A stretch of DNA of 64,000 nucleotides from Dehalococcoidia bacterium (GTDB lineage Bacteria; Chloroflexota; Dehalococcoidia; UBA2979): NCBI GenBank assembly GCA_964291495.2, contig OZ219871.1:896001-960000 (forward strand), read 5' to 3'. Positions 39,525-48,712 of the stretch are shown here, in pieces (within the stretch, counting starts at the first letter, position 1; every line of letters starts with the position of its first letter). The notes beneath the pieces are model-generated. The model had not been told where the DNA came from, did no database searches, and saw only the letters and a program-made list of their open reading frames with translations. A program made the translations under genes and the position numbers.

Positions 39525-40943
39525 ATGAGCGACCACCCGCTAGAGCAGGTCTTCCGGCCTCGATCGGTCGCGCTCTACGGCATCTCGCGCAACATGCAGA
39601 ACCGCAGCAACCAGTTCTTCCTCAAGGGGTTGCTCGACCAGCGTTTCCACGAGGCGGCGCCGCTCTACCTCGTGAACCCGAACGCCGATGAGATCGACGG
39701 GCTGCGCTGCTACCCCAGCCTCTCGGACTGCCCGGACCCGGTCGACTACGTGATCTCGCTGGTCCCGGCGCCGACGGCCGAGGGCCTCGTCGAGGAGTGC
39801 ATCGCGAAGGGCGTCCGCGCGCTGCACCTCTACACCGGCGGCTTCGCGGAGAACCTCGACCCCGAGCGGGCAGCGCTCGAGCGGCGGCTGATCGAGAGGG
39901 CGCGGAGCGGCGGCCTGCGCGTGATCGGGCCGAACTGCATGGGCCTCTACCACCCGGCCGCACGGATGGCGTTCATCCCCGGCCATCCGAGGGAGGCGGG
40001 GGACGTCGGCGTCGTCTGCCAGTCCGGTGGCAACGCGATGGACATCATCAGCGGGCTCGCCCAGCGCGGCGCGCGCTTCGCCAAGGTCGTCTCCTTCGGC
40101 AACGGGACGGACCTCGGAGCGGCCGAGCTGCTCGACTACGCGGCCGTCGACCCGGAGGCGCGGATCGTGCTCGCCTACCTCGAGGACACGAGCGACGGCC
40201 GCGCGCTCTACGAAGCGCTGCGGACCTGTGCCCGCGCGAAGCCGACGATCGTGCTCAAGGGCGGAATCTCCTCGGCTGGCGCGCGCGCGGCTCGCTCCCA
40301 CACCGCCTCGCTCGCCGGTTCGCACGAGGTGTTCGTGGCGGCCTGCCGCCAGGCGGGCGCGGCCGTCGTGCGTTCGCTGGACGAGATGATCGACCTGGCC
40401 GTGGCGCTCAGCACGCGCCTGAACAGGGCCGCAGGGCCTCGCGCGGTGCTGCTCGCCGTCGGCGGCGGCTACTCCGTGCTCACGACCGACGCGCTCGCCG
40501 GGCACGGCGTCGACCTCCCGGAGCTCGACGGCGCGACGCTCGAGCGCCTTCGCGGGGTCGTGCCCACGGACGGCAACAGCATCGAGAACCCGATCGACAC
40601 CGGCTACATGGGCGAGGACGCCGAGGAGGCGCTGCGCGAGGTGACGGAGGCCGCCGCGCGCGACGCGAGCACGGACTTCGTGATCACCATGCTGCGCGGG
40701 CGGGACGTACCCCTCGAGGAGCAGCGCCGCACCATCGAGGAGCTCGCGGAGCTACAGGAACGGACGGACAGGCCGATCGTCGTCGCGGCGCGGCGCGACG
40801 TCGCGGAGCTGGCGGAAGAGACGTTGCGCCTCGCCTACGAGCGCGGCGTCGCGGTGTTCCCGGGCCCGGTGAGCGCCGGGCGCGCCGTTGGCCTGCTGCT
40901 GGCGTGGCGACGCCAGCGCGAGGGCCTGCCCTCGCTGCCGTAG
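39525..40943 (+). CDS. CoA-binding protein, NDP-forming acyl-CoA synthetase alpha-like
   Basis: FRPRSVA, GPNCMG, QSGG, SFGN, SHTASLAG, NPID. Confidence 0.88.
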   Translation: MSDHPLEQVFRPRSVALYGISRNMQNRSNQFFLKGLLDQRFHEAAPLYLVNPNADEIDGLRCYPSLSDCPDPVDYVISLVPAPTAEGLVEECIAKGVRALHLYTGGFAENLDPERAALERRLIERARSGGLRVIGPNCMGLYHPAARMAFIPGHPREAGDVGVVCQSGGNAMDIISGLAQRGARFAKVVSFGNGTDLGAAELLDYAAVDPEARIVLAYLEDTSDGRALYEALRTCARAKPTIVLKGGISSAGARAARSHTASLAGSHEVFVAACRQAGAAVVRSLDEMIDLAVALSTRLNRAAGPRAVLLAVGGGYSVLTTDALAGHGVDLPELDGATLERLRGVVPTDGNSIENPIDTGYMGEDAEEALREVTEAAARDASTDFVITMLRGRDVPLEEQRRTIEELAELQERTDRPIVVAARRDVAELAEETLRLAYERGVAVFPGPVSAGRAVGLLLAWRRQREGLPSLP

Positions 40944-40969
40944 CGCCCGTCCGCCGACAGGCGCTGTCC

Positions 40970-41575
40970 TCCGCGGGGGGCTGCGCCCCCCACACCCCCA
41001 TCCCGGACAAGCACGCGCTACGCGCGGCTCGTCTGGATTCCGGCTTTCGCCGGAATGACGGACGGGAGTCCGGCCCCTCTCCCCCAGGAGAGGGAGCCGG
41101 ATCGGCGCACCAACCTATAGAGGACGGATCCGGCCCCCTCTCCCCTCGCCGCGGGAGAGGGCGGGGGTGAGGCGGCGCCGCGCGCCAGCGCGGCCAGCGA
41201 GAACCATCGAGGGCGCAACGAGCCTTCGAGGCAGCGTGTCACTCCGGCTCACCCCTCCCCGTCATTCCGGCGAAAGCCGGAATCCAGACGAGCCGCGCAG
41301 CGCGCTCGCTCCGACGCACGCCGGGCACGAGGTTCCGAGGGCGCAACAACCCTTCGAGAACGGCGGCGGCCCGGCGAGCCCCCTCACCCGCGGGGGGTGT
41401 GGGGGGAGTCCCCCCACAGAGCACTGGCTCTCCCCCAGGAGAGGGGGCCGGATCGGCGCAACAGAGTTCCGAGGGAGGATCCGGTCCCCTCTCCCCCTCG
41501 CGGGGGGGGGGGCGCCGCGCACCAGCGCGGCCAGCGAGAACCACCGAGAACGCACACGGACTCCCGAGGGCGCTC
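40970..41575. repeat. Mosaic intergenic palindromic repeat cluster 1
   Basis: CCCTCTCCC-n-GGGAGAGGG hairpins, CGTCATTCCGGCGAAAGCCGGAATCCAG, GAGGGCGCAAC and GGGGTGTGGGGG..CCCCC modules. Confidence 0.9.
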
Positions 41576-41580
41576 CGGCG

Positions 41581-42000
41581 CTACGGGTCCATGTGGATGG
41601 CGCGCTTCGCGAAGCGCCAGCCGTCGGGGGTCTTGCGCCACTCGTCGTGGTAGACGCCCGTGCCGCTCACCTGAGGCCCGCTCTCGCCGGGGTAGCGGCG
41701 CGTGCCGAGCAGCATCGTCCGCGAGCGGGCGGTGTCGGGGCCGAGCTCCTCGAAGATCGTGCTGGTCTGGTGGTGGCGGCTCTGGTAGCCCTCGGGCATC
41801 TCCTCGTGGAGGCCGCGCGCCCACTCGCGGATCGCCTCGCGGCCCTCGTTGTGGACCAGCGGCTTCTCGCGCCCGGCGTAGACCTCGAAGACGGCGTCCT
41901 CCGTGAACAGCTCCGCGTAGGCGTCCGCGTCCTGGCCGTCGTAGCTGTACGAGTAGTTGGCGATCACCTCGAGGATCGCGAGCCTGTCTTCGGTGCTCAT
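41581..42000 (-). CDS. SnoaL/NTF2-like protein
   Basis: EDRLAILEVIANY...D...LFTEDA...RHH...GVYHDE...DGWRF. Confidence 0.88.
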   Translation of the reverse strand: MSTEDRLAILEVIANYSYSYDGQDADAYAELFTEDAVFEVYAGREKPLVHNEGREAIREWARGLHEEMPEGYQSRHHQTSTIFEELGPDTARSRTMLLGTRRYPGESGPQVSGTGVYHDEWRKTPDGWRFAKRAIHMDP

Positions 42001-42021
42001 CGCTGCCTCCCTCCGGAGCGG

Positions 42022-42981
42022 TCAGTCCTCGTCACGTACGCAGCGGAAACCGGTGTTGCCGGCCGAGCTGTCCGGCGTGTTCGAGCTGCGCGCGGCCACA
42101 CGATAGCGGTTGCAGTACGAGCGGTGGCAGAGGTACGAGCCGCCTCGAATCACGCGCGAGGCGCCCTCGGGAGGACCGAGGGGGTTCTCGGCCGCGCCGT
42201 GGCCGCCGCCGTTGCGATGGAAGTCCGGGCTGAACCAGTCCGCGCACCACTCCCAGACGTTGCCCGAGGTGTTGTAGAGGCCGAAGCCGTTCGGCGCGAA
42301 GGCGCGCGCGGGCGCGGTCCCGAGGTAGCCGTCGTTCGCCGTGTTGCGGCCCGGGAACTCGCCCTGCCAGATGTTGCAGCGGTGCTCGCCGTCCGGCTGC
42401 AGCTCGTCGCCCCACGGGTAACGCCGGCCCTCGAGGCCCCCGCGCGCCGCGTACTCCCACTCCGCCTCCGTCGGCAGGCGCGCGCCGGCCCACGTGCAGT
42501 ACGCCGTCGCGTCCTGCCACGAGACGTGCACCACCGGGTGGTCCATGCGGCCCTCGAGGCGCGAGGCGGGGCCCTCCGGGTGGCGCCAGTCCGCGCCGAA
42601 CACCTGCCGCCACCACGGCGCCGAGGCCAGCGCGCGCGTCGGCGGGAAATCGTCCGGCAGGAACTGGCCGAAGACGAACGACCAGCCGTAGCGCTCGGCG
42701 TCCGTGCGATAGCCCGAGGCGGCGACGAACTGCTCGAACTGCGCGTTGGTGACCGCCGCCACGCCGATCGCGAAGGGGCGCAGCGCGACGCGCCGCACGG
42801 GGCCCTCGCCGTCCTGCGGGAAGCCCTCGGCGTCGTCGCTGCCCATCAGGAACGCGCCGCCCGGCAGCCGCGCCAGCTCGCCCGAGCCGCTCGAGGACGG
42901 CGCGGCGAGCGGCGGGTCTGCCGAGGGCGCACCCTCGCCCGGCGGCGAGGCGCGGCCGGGGCTGCAGCAGGCGGCGCTCAC
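42022..42981 (-). CDS. Formylglycine-generating enzyme
   Basis: RLPTEAEWEYAARGG, GNVWEW, RGGSYLCHRSYCNRYRVAAR. Confidence 0.95.
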   Translation of the reverse strand: MSAACCSPGRASPPGEGAPSADPPLAAPSSSGSGELARLPGGAFLMGSDDAEGFPQDGEGPVRRVALRPFAIGVAAVTNAQFEQFVAASGYRTDAERYGWSFVFGQFLPDDFPPTRALASAPWWRQVFGADWRHPEGPASRLEGRMDHPVVHVSWQDATAYCTWAGARLPTEAEWEYAARGGLEGRRYPWGDELQPDGEHRCNIWQGEFPGRNTANDGYLGTAPARAFAPNGFGLYNTSGNVWEWCADWFSPDFHRNGGGHGAAENPLGPPEGASRVIRGGSYLCHRSYCNRYRVAARSSNTPDSSAGNTGFRCVRDED

Positions 42982-42991
42982 GAGGGCGACC

Positions 42992-44506
42992 TCACAGGCC
43001 CTCGCCGAACTCGGCGGCCTCGCGCTCGCGCAGCCACTCGAAGCGCTCGCGCAGCTCGAGGCGGCGGGAGCGGTCGTTGGCGAGGTTGACCAGCTCCAGC
43101 GGGTCCTCCTGCAGGTCGTACCACTCGTGGTCGTGGTCCTCGAAGGCGGCGTCGATGTCGAAGGCCTTGCGGGTCCAGAGGCCGAGGCCGCCGTCGGCGC
43201 GCTCGATGCCGACGCCGTAGTAGCGGGCGTACTTGTGGCGGCCGTCGAAGATGCAGCGCATCGCGTAGCGCAGCCGCAGGCAGTTCGGAAAGTCCGTCGC
43301 GCTGCCCAGGTCCTGCGCGAGCAGCACGTAGTCGCGCACGCTCGCCGAGGGGTCGCGCAGCACCGGCGTCAGGTCCACCCCACGGAACGTCGGCGCCTCC
43401 TCGACCCCGCCGAGGGCGAGAATCGTGCTGGCGAGGTCCACCGACGTGCCGAGCGCGGCGGTCTTCGACCCGGGCGTGGTGATGCCGGGCGCGCGGATGT
43501 AGAGCGGGATGCGCATCTGCTCCTCGTAGACGAACGGGCCCTTGTTGCGCAGCCCGTGCGCGCCGCACATGTCGCCGTGGTCCGTCGAGAAGATCACGAT
43601 CGTCTCGTCCGCCTGTCCCGAGGCGTCGAGCGCGTCGAGGATGCGGCCGAGGTAATGGTCGTTCTCCTGGTGCATCCGCCAGTAGTAGTCGAGCTGGCGG
43701 ATCCAGGCGCGCGTATCGGAGCGCTCGATGCGGCCCCAGGGCCCGCGGTTGGTGTCGAGCTCGTACTGGCGCTGGATGGCGGGCTTGGTGAAGAGATCGT
43801 CGTCGAGGTTGGGCGGCGGGGCGTCGAAGATCTCCTCGTAGGGCTCGTCGTAGGCGGGGTAGATGTCGCCCTCGCGCCAGCGGTTGAGGGTCTCGCGCCT
43901 GCGCTCGATCGTCTCGGCGTTGGCGGCCTGGTAGTCGGGCTGGTCGCCGGGGAACCACATCACGTCGTGCGGGTTGAGCATGCCGACGACGAGCAGCCAC
44001 GGCTCCTCGCGGCCGGCGTTGTCGCGCAGCCAGCCCTCGGCCTGCGCGGTGATCAGCGGGTCCGAGTGCAGCCCGGCCCCGGCGAGCCCGCGGAACGTCA
44101 GGTCGTCCCCCTGCCAGTCGCTGAACCCGTGCGCCTCGAGGTCCGGCGAGCGCGTGCGCGAGAGGTGCCACTTGCCGATGTAGGCGGTGTAGTAGCCCTC
44201 GGCGCGGAGTGCGTGGCCGATCGTCGGCACGTCCGGCTCGAGGTGCGGGACCTCCGGCTCGCGGCCCCAGTCGACGTTGCGGGTGACGCCGTGGTTGGGC
44301 AGGTACTGGCCGGTGAGGAGGCTGGCGCGCGAGGGCGAGCAGGGGTTGGTGTGGGTGTAGTAGCTGGCGAACTCGAGGCCCTCGTCGATCAGGCGCTGGC
44401 GGGCGGGGAGCGTGAGTCCGGCGGGGATCCAGTCGCGCTGGCGTTCCTCGTCGCTGAGCAGCAGCAGGATGTTGGGTCGGCGGTCGGAGCCCGTGTCGTC
44501 AGCCAT
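42992..44506 (-). CDS. Cys-type sulfatase
   Basis: PNILLLLSDE, CSPSRASLLTG, GKWHL, STDHG; adjacent to the FGE gene. Confidence 0.95.
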   Translation of the reverse strand: MADDTGSDRRPNILLLLSDEERQRDWIPAGLTLPARQRLIDEGLEFASYYTHTNPCSPSRASLLTGQYLPNHGVTRNVDWGREPEVPHLEPDVPTIGHALRAEGYYTAYIGKWHLSRTRSPDLEAHGFSDWQGDDLTFRGLAGAGLHSDPLITAQAEGWLRDNAGREEPWLLVVGMLNPHDVMWFPGDQPDYQAANAETIERRRETLNRWREGDIYPAYDEPYEEIFDAPPPNLDDDLFTKPAIQRQYELDTNRGPWGRIERSDTRAWIRQLDYYWRMHQENDHYLGRILDALDASGQADETIVIFSTDHGDMCGAHGLRNKGPFVYEEQMRIPLYIRAPGITTPGSKTAALGTSVDLASTILALGGVEEAPTFRGVDLTPVLRDPSASVRDYVLLAQDLGSATDFPNCLRLRYAMRCIFDGRHKYARYYGVGIERADGGLGLWTRKAFDIDAAFEDHDHEWYDLQEDPLELVNLANDRSRRLELRERFEWLREREAAEFGEGL

Positions 44507-44523
44507 GCCGGCACTATACCGCC

Positions 44524-45056
44524 CCTCCGGTCCCCTCTCCCCGAGGGAGAGGGAGCCGGACGGGAGCGGGGACCGGAGGGGCGCACCGGACGTCCGAGGC
44601 CGGATCCGGTCCCCTCTCCCCCGGAGGGAGAGGGTTAGGGTGAGGGGGAGGCGGGCGCAGCCCGCCCCCGAGGGCACAACGAGCCTTTCGAGGACGGCGA
44701 CGTCGAATCCCCCTCACCCCCCGCCCTCCCCCGCCAGGGGGGAGGGAGCCGGATCCGGACCCCCTCACCCCCCGCCCTCTCCCGCGAGGGGAGAGGGAGC
44801 CGGAACCGGACCCCCTCACCCCCCGCCCTCCCCCGCCAGGGGGGAGGGAGCCGGATCCGGACCCCCTCACCCCCCGCCCTCTCCCGCGAGGGGAGAGGGA
44901 GCCGGAACCGGACCCCCTCACCCCCCGCCCTCCCCCGCCAGGGGGGAGGGAGCCGGATCCGGACCCTCTCACCCCCGCCCTCCCCCGCCGCAAGGGGGAG
45001 GGAGCCGGACTCCGGTCCCCTCTCCCCCGGCGGGAGAGGGTTAGGGTGAGGGGGAG
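44524..45056. repeat. Repeat cluster 2, including a 51-bp tandem array (six units from 44709)
   Basis: Units start at 44709, 44760, 44811, 44862, 44913 and 44964. Confidence 0.95.
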
Positions 45057-45406
45057 TCCGGAGCTGACTCGCGTAGCGCCAGCGCGATCGCCTCCAGCAC
45101 GGAGGTCGGACGCAGCAGCACATCGTCGTTCCAGAATCTCAGGACCGTGTAGCCGCGCGACTCCAGCCACCGCGTTCGCCGAGCGTCGTATGCCCGGCGG
45201 TCGGCGTGTTGCCCACCGTCCAGCTCGACGATCAGCTTCCGCTCGTGACTGACGAAGTCGGTGATGTACGGGCCGATCGGGGCCTGGCGGCGGAACCTGA
45301 CGCCTCCGAGGCGGCGATCCCTGAGCCTCGACCAGAGGGCTTGCTCAGCGTCCGTGGAATCCCGCCTGAGGCGCCGCGCCCTGGCCTTCGACCGGTCGTC
45401 CGCCAT
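45041..45406 (-). CDS. DUF559 (Vsr-like) endonuclease
   Basis: ARRLRRDSTDAEQALWSRLR, FRRQAPIGPYITDF, VELDGGQH, DARRT..LE..GY.VLRFWN; stop codon lies inside the repeat. Confidence 0.93.
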   Translation of the reverse strand: MADDRSKARARRLRRDSTDAEQALWSRLRDRRLGGVRFRRQAPIGPYITDFVSHERKLIVELDGGQHADRRAYDARRTRWLESRGYTVLRFWNDDVLLRPTSVLEAIALALRESAPDSPSP

Positions 45407-45476
45407 CGTCTGCCCTCGCTGTCCGATCCCCTCGCGAGGGTAGCCCCTGCCCTCGTTGGCCGCGCTGTCGCGCGGC

Positions 45477-45850
45477 TCCCCCTCACCCCCCACCCTCTCC
45501 CGCGAGGGGAGAGGGAGCCGGATTCCGATCCCTTGCCTCCGGTCCCCTCTCCCCCGGCGGGAGAGGGTTAGGGTGAGGGGGAGGCGGGCGCAGCCCGCCC
45601 TCGAGGGCACAACGAGCCTTTCGAGGACGGCGACGTCGGATCCCCCTCACCCCCCGCCCTCCCCCGCCAGGGGGGAGGGAGCCGGATTCCGATCCCTTGC
45701 CTCCGGTCCCCTCTCCCCCGGCGGGAGAGGGTTAGGGTGAGGGGGAGGCGGGCGCAGCCCGCCCCCGAGGGCGCAACGAGCCTTTCGAGGACGGCGACGT
45801 CGGATCCCCCTCACCCCCCCTCTCCCCCAGGAGAGGGGGCCGGATCCGGA
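45477..45850. repeat. Repeat cluster 3, with a 164-bp direct duplication
   Basis: GGTCCCCTCT.. at 45541 and 45705; a near-identical block at about 44607-44755. Confidence 0.95.
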
Positions 45851-45853
45851 GGG

Positions 45854-45963
45854 AGCGCCTGCGGGCGACAGCCCGCAGCCCACCCGGCACAAACCCCCAC
45901 ACCACGCCGCCAGCCTCAAGAATCCCAGGTGGATCGTGCTGGCGGGCGTGGGGGGACCCCCCC
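45854..45963 (+). repeat. Left ~110-bp inverted repeat, partner of 49099-49213
   Basis: AGCGCCTGCGGGCGA..AGCCCGCAGCCCACCC.GCACAAA..CACACCAC..GTGGATCGTGCTGG..GTGGGGGG. Confidence 0.88.
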
Positions 45964-45969
45964 ACGGCT

Positions 45970-46003
45970 TAAACAGAAGCGCCCCCGTTTCCGGGGGCGC
46001 TTC
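45970..46003 (-). terminator. Rho-independent terminator
   Basis: GAAGCGCCCCCGG-AAA-CGGGGGCGCTTC followed by TGTTT on the minus strand. Confidence 0.8.
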
Positions 46004-46057
46004 GCAATCGGCTGGCGCCGGGCCGCCCGAGGGCGGTCCGCGGCGGGTGGCCGAAGG

Positions 46058-46600
46058 TTAGCTCACGCGGCGCGTCGCCACGCGGGCGCCGGCGATGCCG
46101 GCAACCGCGAGGAAGCCGAGCGCCAGCGCCGCAAGCGCCGAGCTCGACGAGCCGGTGACGAGACCGGCGTTGCCGGTGTCCGGCATGCCGACGCCGTCGC
46201 CGTCGCCGGGCATGGCCTCGCCGTTGTCGTCGCCGTCGCCAGGCATGGCCGCGACGGTCAGGCTGACCTCGGACACGTCGCCGCCGGACCACATCGCGGT
46301 CTCCTCGGCGGCGTCGCCGTTGATCGAGAAGCTGACGGTGTCGGCGTCCTCGGGCGAACAGTCGCCCGGGCCGACCTTGAGGGTCCACTGACCATCGGCG
46401 TTGGCCGTGGTGCTGGAGCACTCCGTGCCGTCGATCGAGGCGGCGACGGTGTCGCCTGCGTCGAGGCCGGTGCCCCAGTACTGGGCCGTGTCCGGGCCCT
46501 GCGCGTGTGCGGTGTGGAAACCGAGCGCAAGCGGGCCGAGCAGCAGCGCGAGGAGCGCCGCGGCGAAGCCGAGCCTGGCCGGTCCAATCGTTCGATTCAT
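46058..46600 (-). CDS. Secreted protein with an LPXTG-like sorting signal
   Basis: Signal peptide ending AHA-Q; MPDTG, TM helix and TRR tail; AAGGAG RBS. Confidence 0.8.
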   Translation of the reverse strand: MNRTIGPARLGFAAALLALLLGPLALGFHTAHAQGPDTAQYWGTGLDAGDTVAASIDGTECSSTTANADGQWTLKVGPGDCSPEDADTVSFSINGDAAEETAMWSGGDVSEVSLTVAAMPGDGDDNGEAMPGDGDGVGMPDTGNAGLVTGSSSSALAALALGFLAVAGIAGARVATRRVS

Positions 46601-46771
46601 TCGTTTCTCCTTGCCGGGCTTGTTTGCTTCCGAGCCCGCCGCTCGGAGTGTGCCTTACGAGGTTCCGACGCCGGGGAGCGGAATACGGTTCCCCGGGACC
46701 CGGCCGAAGCCGGGATCCCGGGGTCCGTCTCTATTCCATCGGCGTCTGGCCGACCAGAGCGTTCAGACGCT

Positions 46772-48712
46772 CTAGCCGCCCATCGCCCCCTCGCCCTCCA
46801 TGGCGTCGGCCTCACAGCTGGAGACCCAGACAGCCGCCGGGCCAGCGATGCCATCCGCGAAGGCCGCGTTGAACGTGGTGTTCACGATCGCGACGGCAGT
46901 GGTGCTGTAAACCTGCCAGCTGGAGCCGTCGTGGATCCAGATGGCCGCGCCACCGGGGCAAGCCGTCTCGGCAGCCGCGTGGAGGTCCTCAACCGAGCCG
47001 CCGCTGAAGATCATCAGCGGAGCGGTACCACTGAGAGTGGCGTCGTCGCTCGGCATCGGCTCTTCCGGCTCTTCCATCGCCTCGCCGATGTCCAGCGCGA
47101 CGCGGTGGTTCACGTCGCCGGCGGAGATCAGGATCTCCGACGAACCCGGGTTCGAGGGAGCGATGAACGTGAACTTGGACTGACCGTTGGAGGTCATCTC
47201 CGAGCCGCCCTCGCCCTCGTCCTCGATGAGGCCACCGCCGTCGACCTTGCGGACCTTGACGGCGGTGATGCCGACGAGCACGTCCTCGTCGTCCCACACC
47301 GAAACCGTGATCGTGGTAACGCTGCCCGGCTCAACCATGGCCGGAGCATCAGTCGTGATGCTGTTCGGCTTGCCGGCGACCTCGATCACGGCCGAAGCCT
47401 TGATCGTGCCGATCGCGAAGTTGAGCGTGTGCGGACCGCGCGTCGCGTCGTCGTCGGTTCCCGCTGCATCCGTAGCCGTCACGTGGACGACACACTTGCC
47501 GTCGGCATTGGTGCCATCGTCCGCGAAGACCTCGGTGGACGGGCTCGCGAGGTCGCCGACAGCGTCGTTACCACACGCCGGGATGTTCTTCGACGAATCC
47601 GTGGGGTGGATGAAGTCCTTGCTGTACCCGGTGCCCACGCTGTCGGTGGCCGCGTCCGCCGCCGGCGTGTCCTTCTCGGTCACGACGAGATTGGCGTCGT
47701 CAGTGGGACCTTCCACTTCCTTGGCCGGCGACGTGACAGGCGCGACAACCTGGCCGGAGACCGGGTTGCTGGCGCCGTCGGTGACGGTCAGCACGACGTA
47801 GACCGACCCGCCGATCTCGACAGAGCCCTGCATCGGCTCGGCCGAAAGGTTCTTGGCCTTGCCGTACATCGTCACGTCGAGCTGATCGGTGAGGCCGCCC
47901 ACGGTCACCGTGACGGTGGCCACGCCCTCACGACCGGCGCCGTCCAGCCTGACGGTGGCAAGGCCGGCAACGGTGGTGGTCTCGGTAGTAAGCGGGTTGT
48001 CGATGGTATCGGTCCAGATCGAGCAGACCTGGACACCAGACACCGCGACGGTGTCAGTGCCACCGGACGGGGCCGTTGTCGCGGGACAGGCCAGCGTGCC
48101 GAGCGTGGTGACGAAGGTCACCCGCTGCTCGTCGAGGCCGGTCGGCGTCGACGCGGCGTTCTTGACCGTGGCCACGATGTCCGCCTCGTTCGGGCCGCCG
48201 TCGTCCGCGGTGTTGTTGTCGTCATTCGCCGCGATCGTCTTGCTGCTCGTCGCCGCCTTAAGCGACCCCAGCAGCGTGCCCTTCGAGACGGTGATGACCT
48301 TGGTAACCTGGGCCGTAGGCGAGCTTCCGGCGACGCCCTCGACGCTCACGAGGATGTACCCCTCGCTAGAGTCCTCGTCCACGTTCAGGTCGACCTGAAT
48401 GGTGTTGGCGGTGTCGCTCTCGTCGCACCCTGTGCCGTCGGCACAAGAGATCGACTGACCGTCGTTCGCGGCGAAGCTCGCTCCGACGCCGTCGCCCGTG
48501 CCGGTGATGCTCACCTGCGCGAGCGCGCCTTCCACCAGAATCTGGACCGTGTCGCCCGGCGCCGCGGTTGCCGAGTTAGCGGCCGCAGCCAGCTCGACAT
48601 CGGCGGCCTCGGCCGTCGGAGTCGAGGAGACCGATACGAGCACCGCGAGCGCTACCGCGAAGGCGGCGGCGACGGCGAGGCCGTAGGCTCCCAACTTTGT
48701 TACGTAACTCAA
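46772..48712 (-). CDS. Large acidic Ala/Thr/Val-rich secreted protein (S-layer/Ig-like)
   Basis: TTG start after AAAGAGGG; signal peptide ending AEA-A; Ig-like motifs (VLTVTDGASNPVSG). Confidence 0.78.
   Translation of the reverse strand: MSYVTKLGAYGLAVAAAFAVALAVLVSVSSTPTAEAADVELAAAANSATAAPGDTVQILVEGALAQVSITGTGDGVGASFAANDGQSISCADGTGCDESDTANTIQVDLNVDEDSSEGYILVSVEGVAGSSPTAQVTKVITVSKGTLLGSLKAATSSKTIAANDDNNTADDGGPNEADIVATVKNAASTPTGLDEQRVTFVTTLGTLACPATTAPSGGTDTVAVSGVQVCSIWTDTIDNPLTTETTTVAGLATVRLDGAGREGVATVTVTVGGLTDQLDVTMYGKAKNLSAEPMQGSVEIGGSVYVVLTVTDGASNPVSGQVVAPVTSPAKEVEGPTDDANLVVTEKDTPAADAATDSVGTGYSKDFIHPTDSSKNIPACGNDAVGDLASPSTEVFADDGTNADGKCVVHVTATDAAGTDDDATRGPHTLNFAIGTIKASAVIEVAGKPNSITTDAPAMVEPGSVTTITVSVWDDEDVLVGITAVKVRKVDGGGLIEDEGEGGSEMTSNGQSKFTFIAPSNPGSSEILISAGDVNHRVALDIGEAMEEPEEPMPSDDATLSGTAPLMIFSGGSVEDLHAAAETACPGGAAIWIHDGSSWQVYSTTAVAIVNTTFNAAFADGIAGPAAVWVSSCEADAMEGEGAMGG

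Noticed and set aside
44625-44650. TTAGGG as telomeric or eukaryotic contamination
   Set aside because: Single hexamer inside a dispersed bacterial palindromic repeat, never tandem
44709-45015. Possible CRISPR array
   Set aside because: No unique spacers (two alternating variants only) and no cas genes in the window
44412-45919. Pro/Gly-rich ORFs such as PPHPPPSPARGEGAGSG repeats
   Set aside because: They are translations of the non-coding DNA repeats, open in several frames; the same applies at 49-53 kb and 63.5 kb
46601-46771. Structured intergenic region as an ncRNA
   Set aside because: The hairpin GGGACCCGGCCGAAGCCGGGATCCC is adequately explained as an attenuator or mRNA stabiliser; no family recognised
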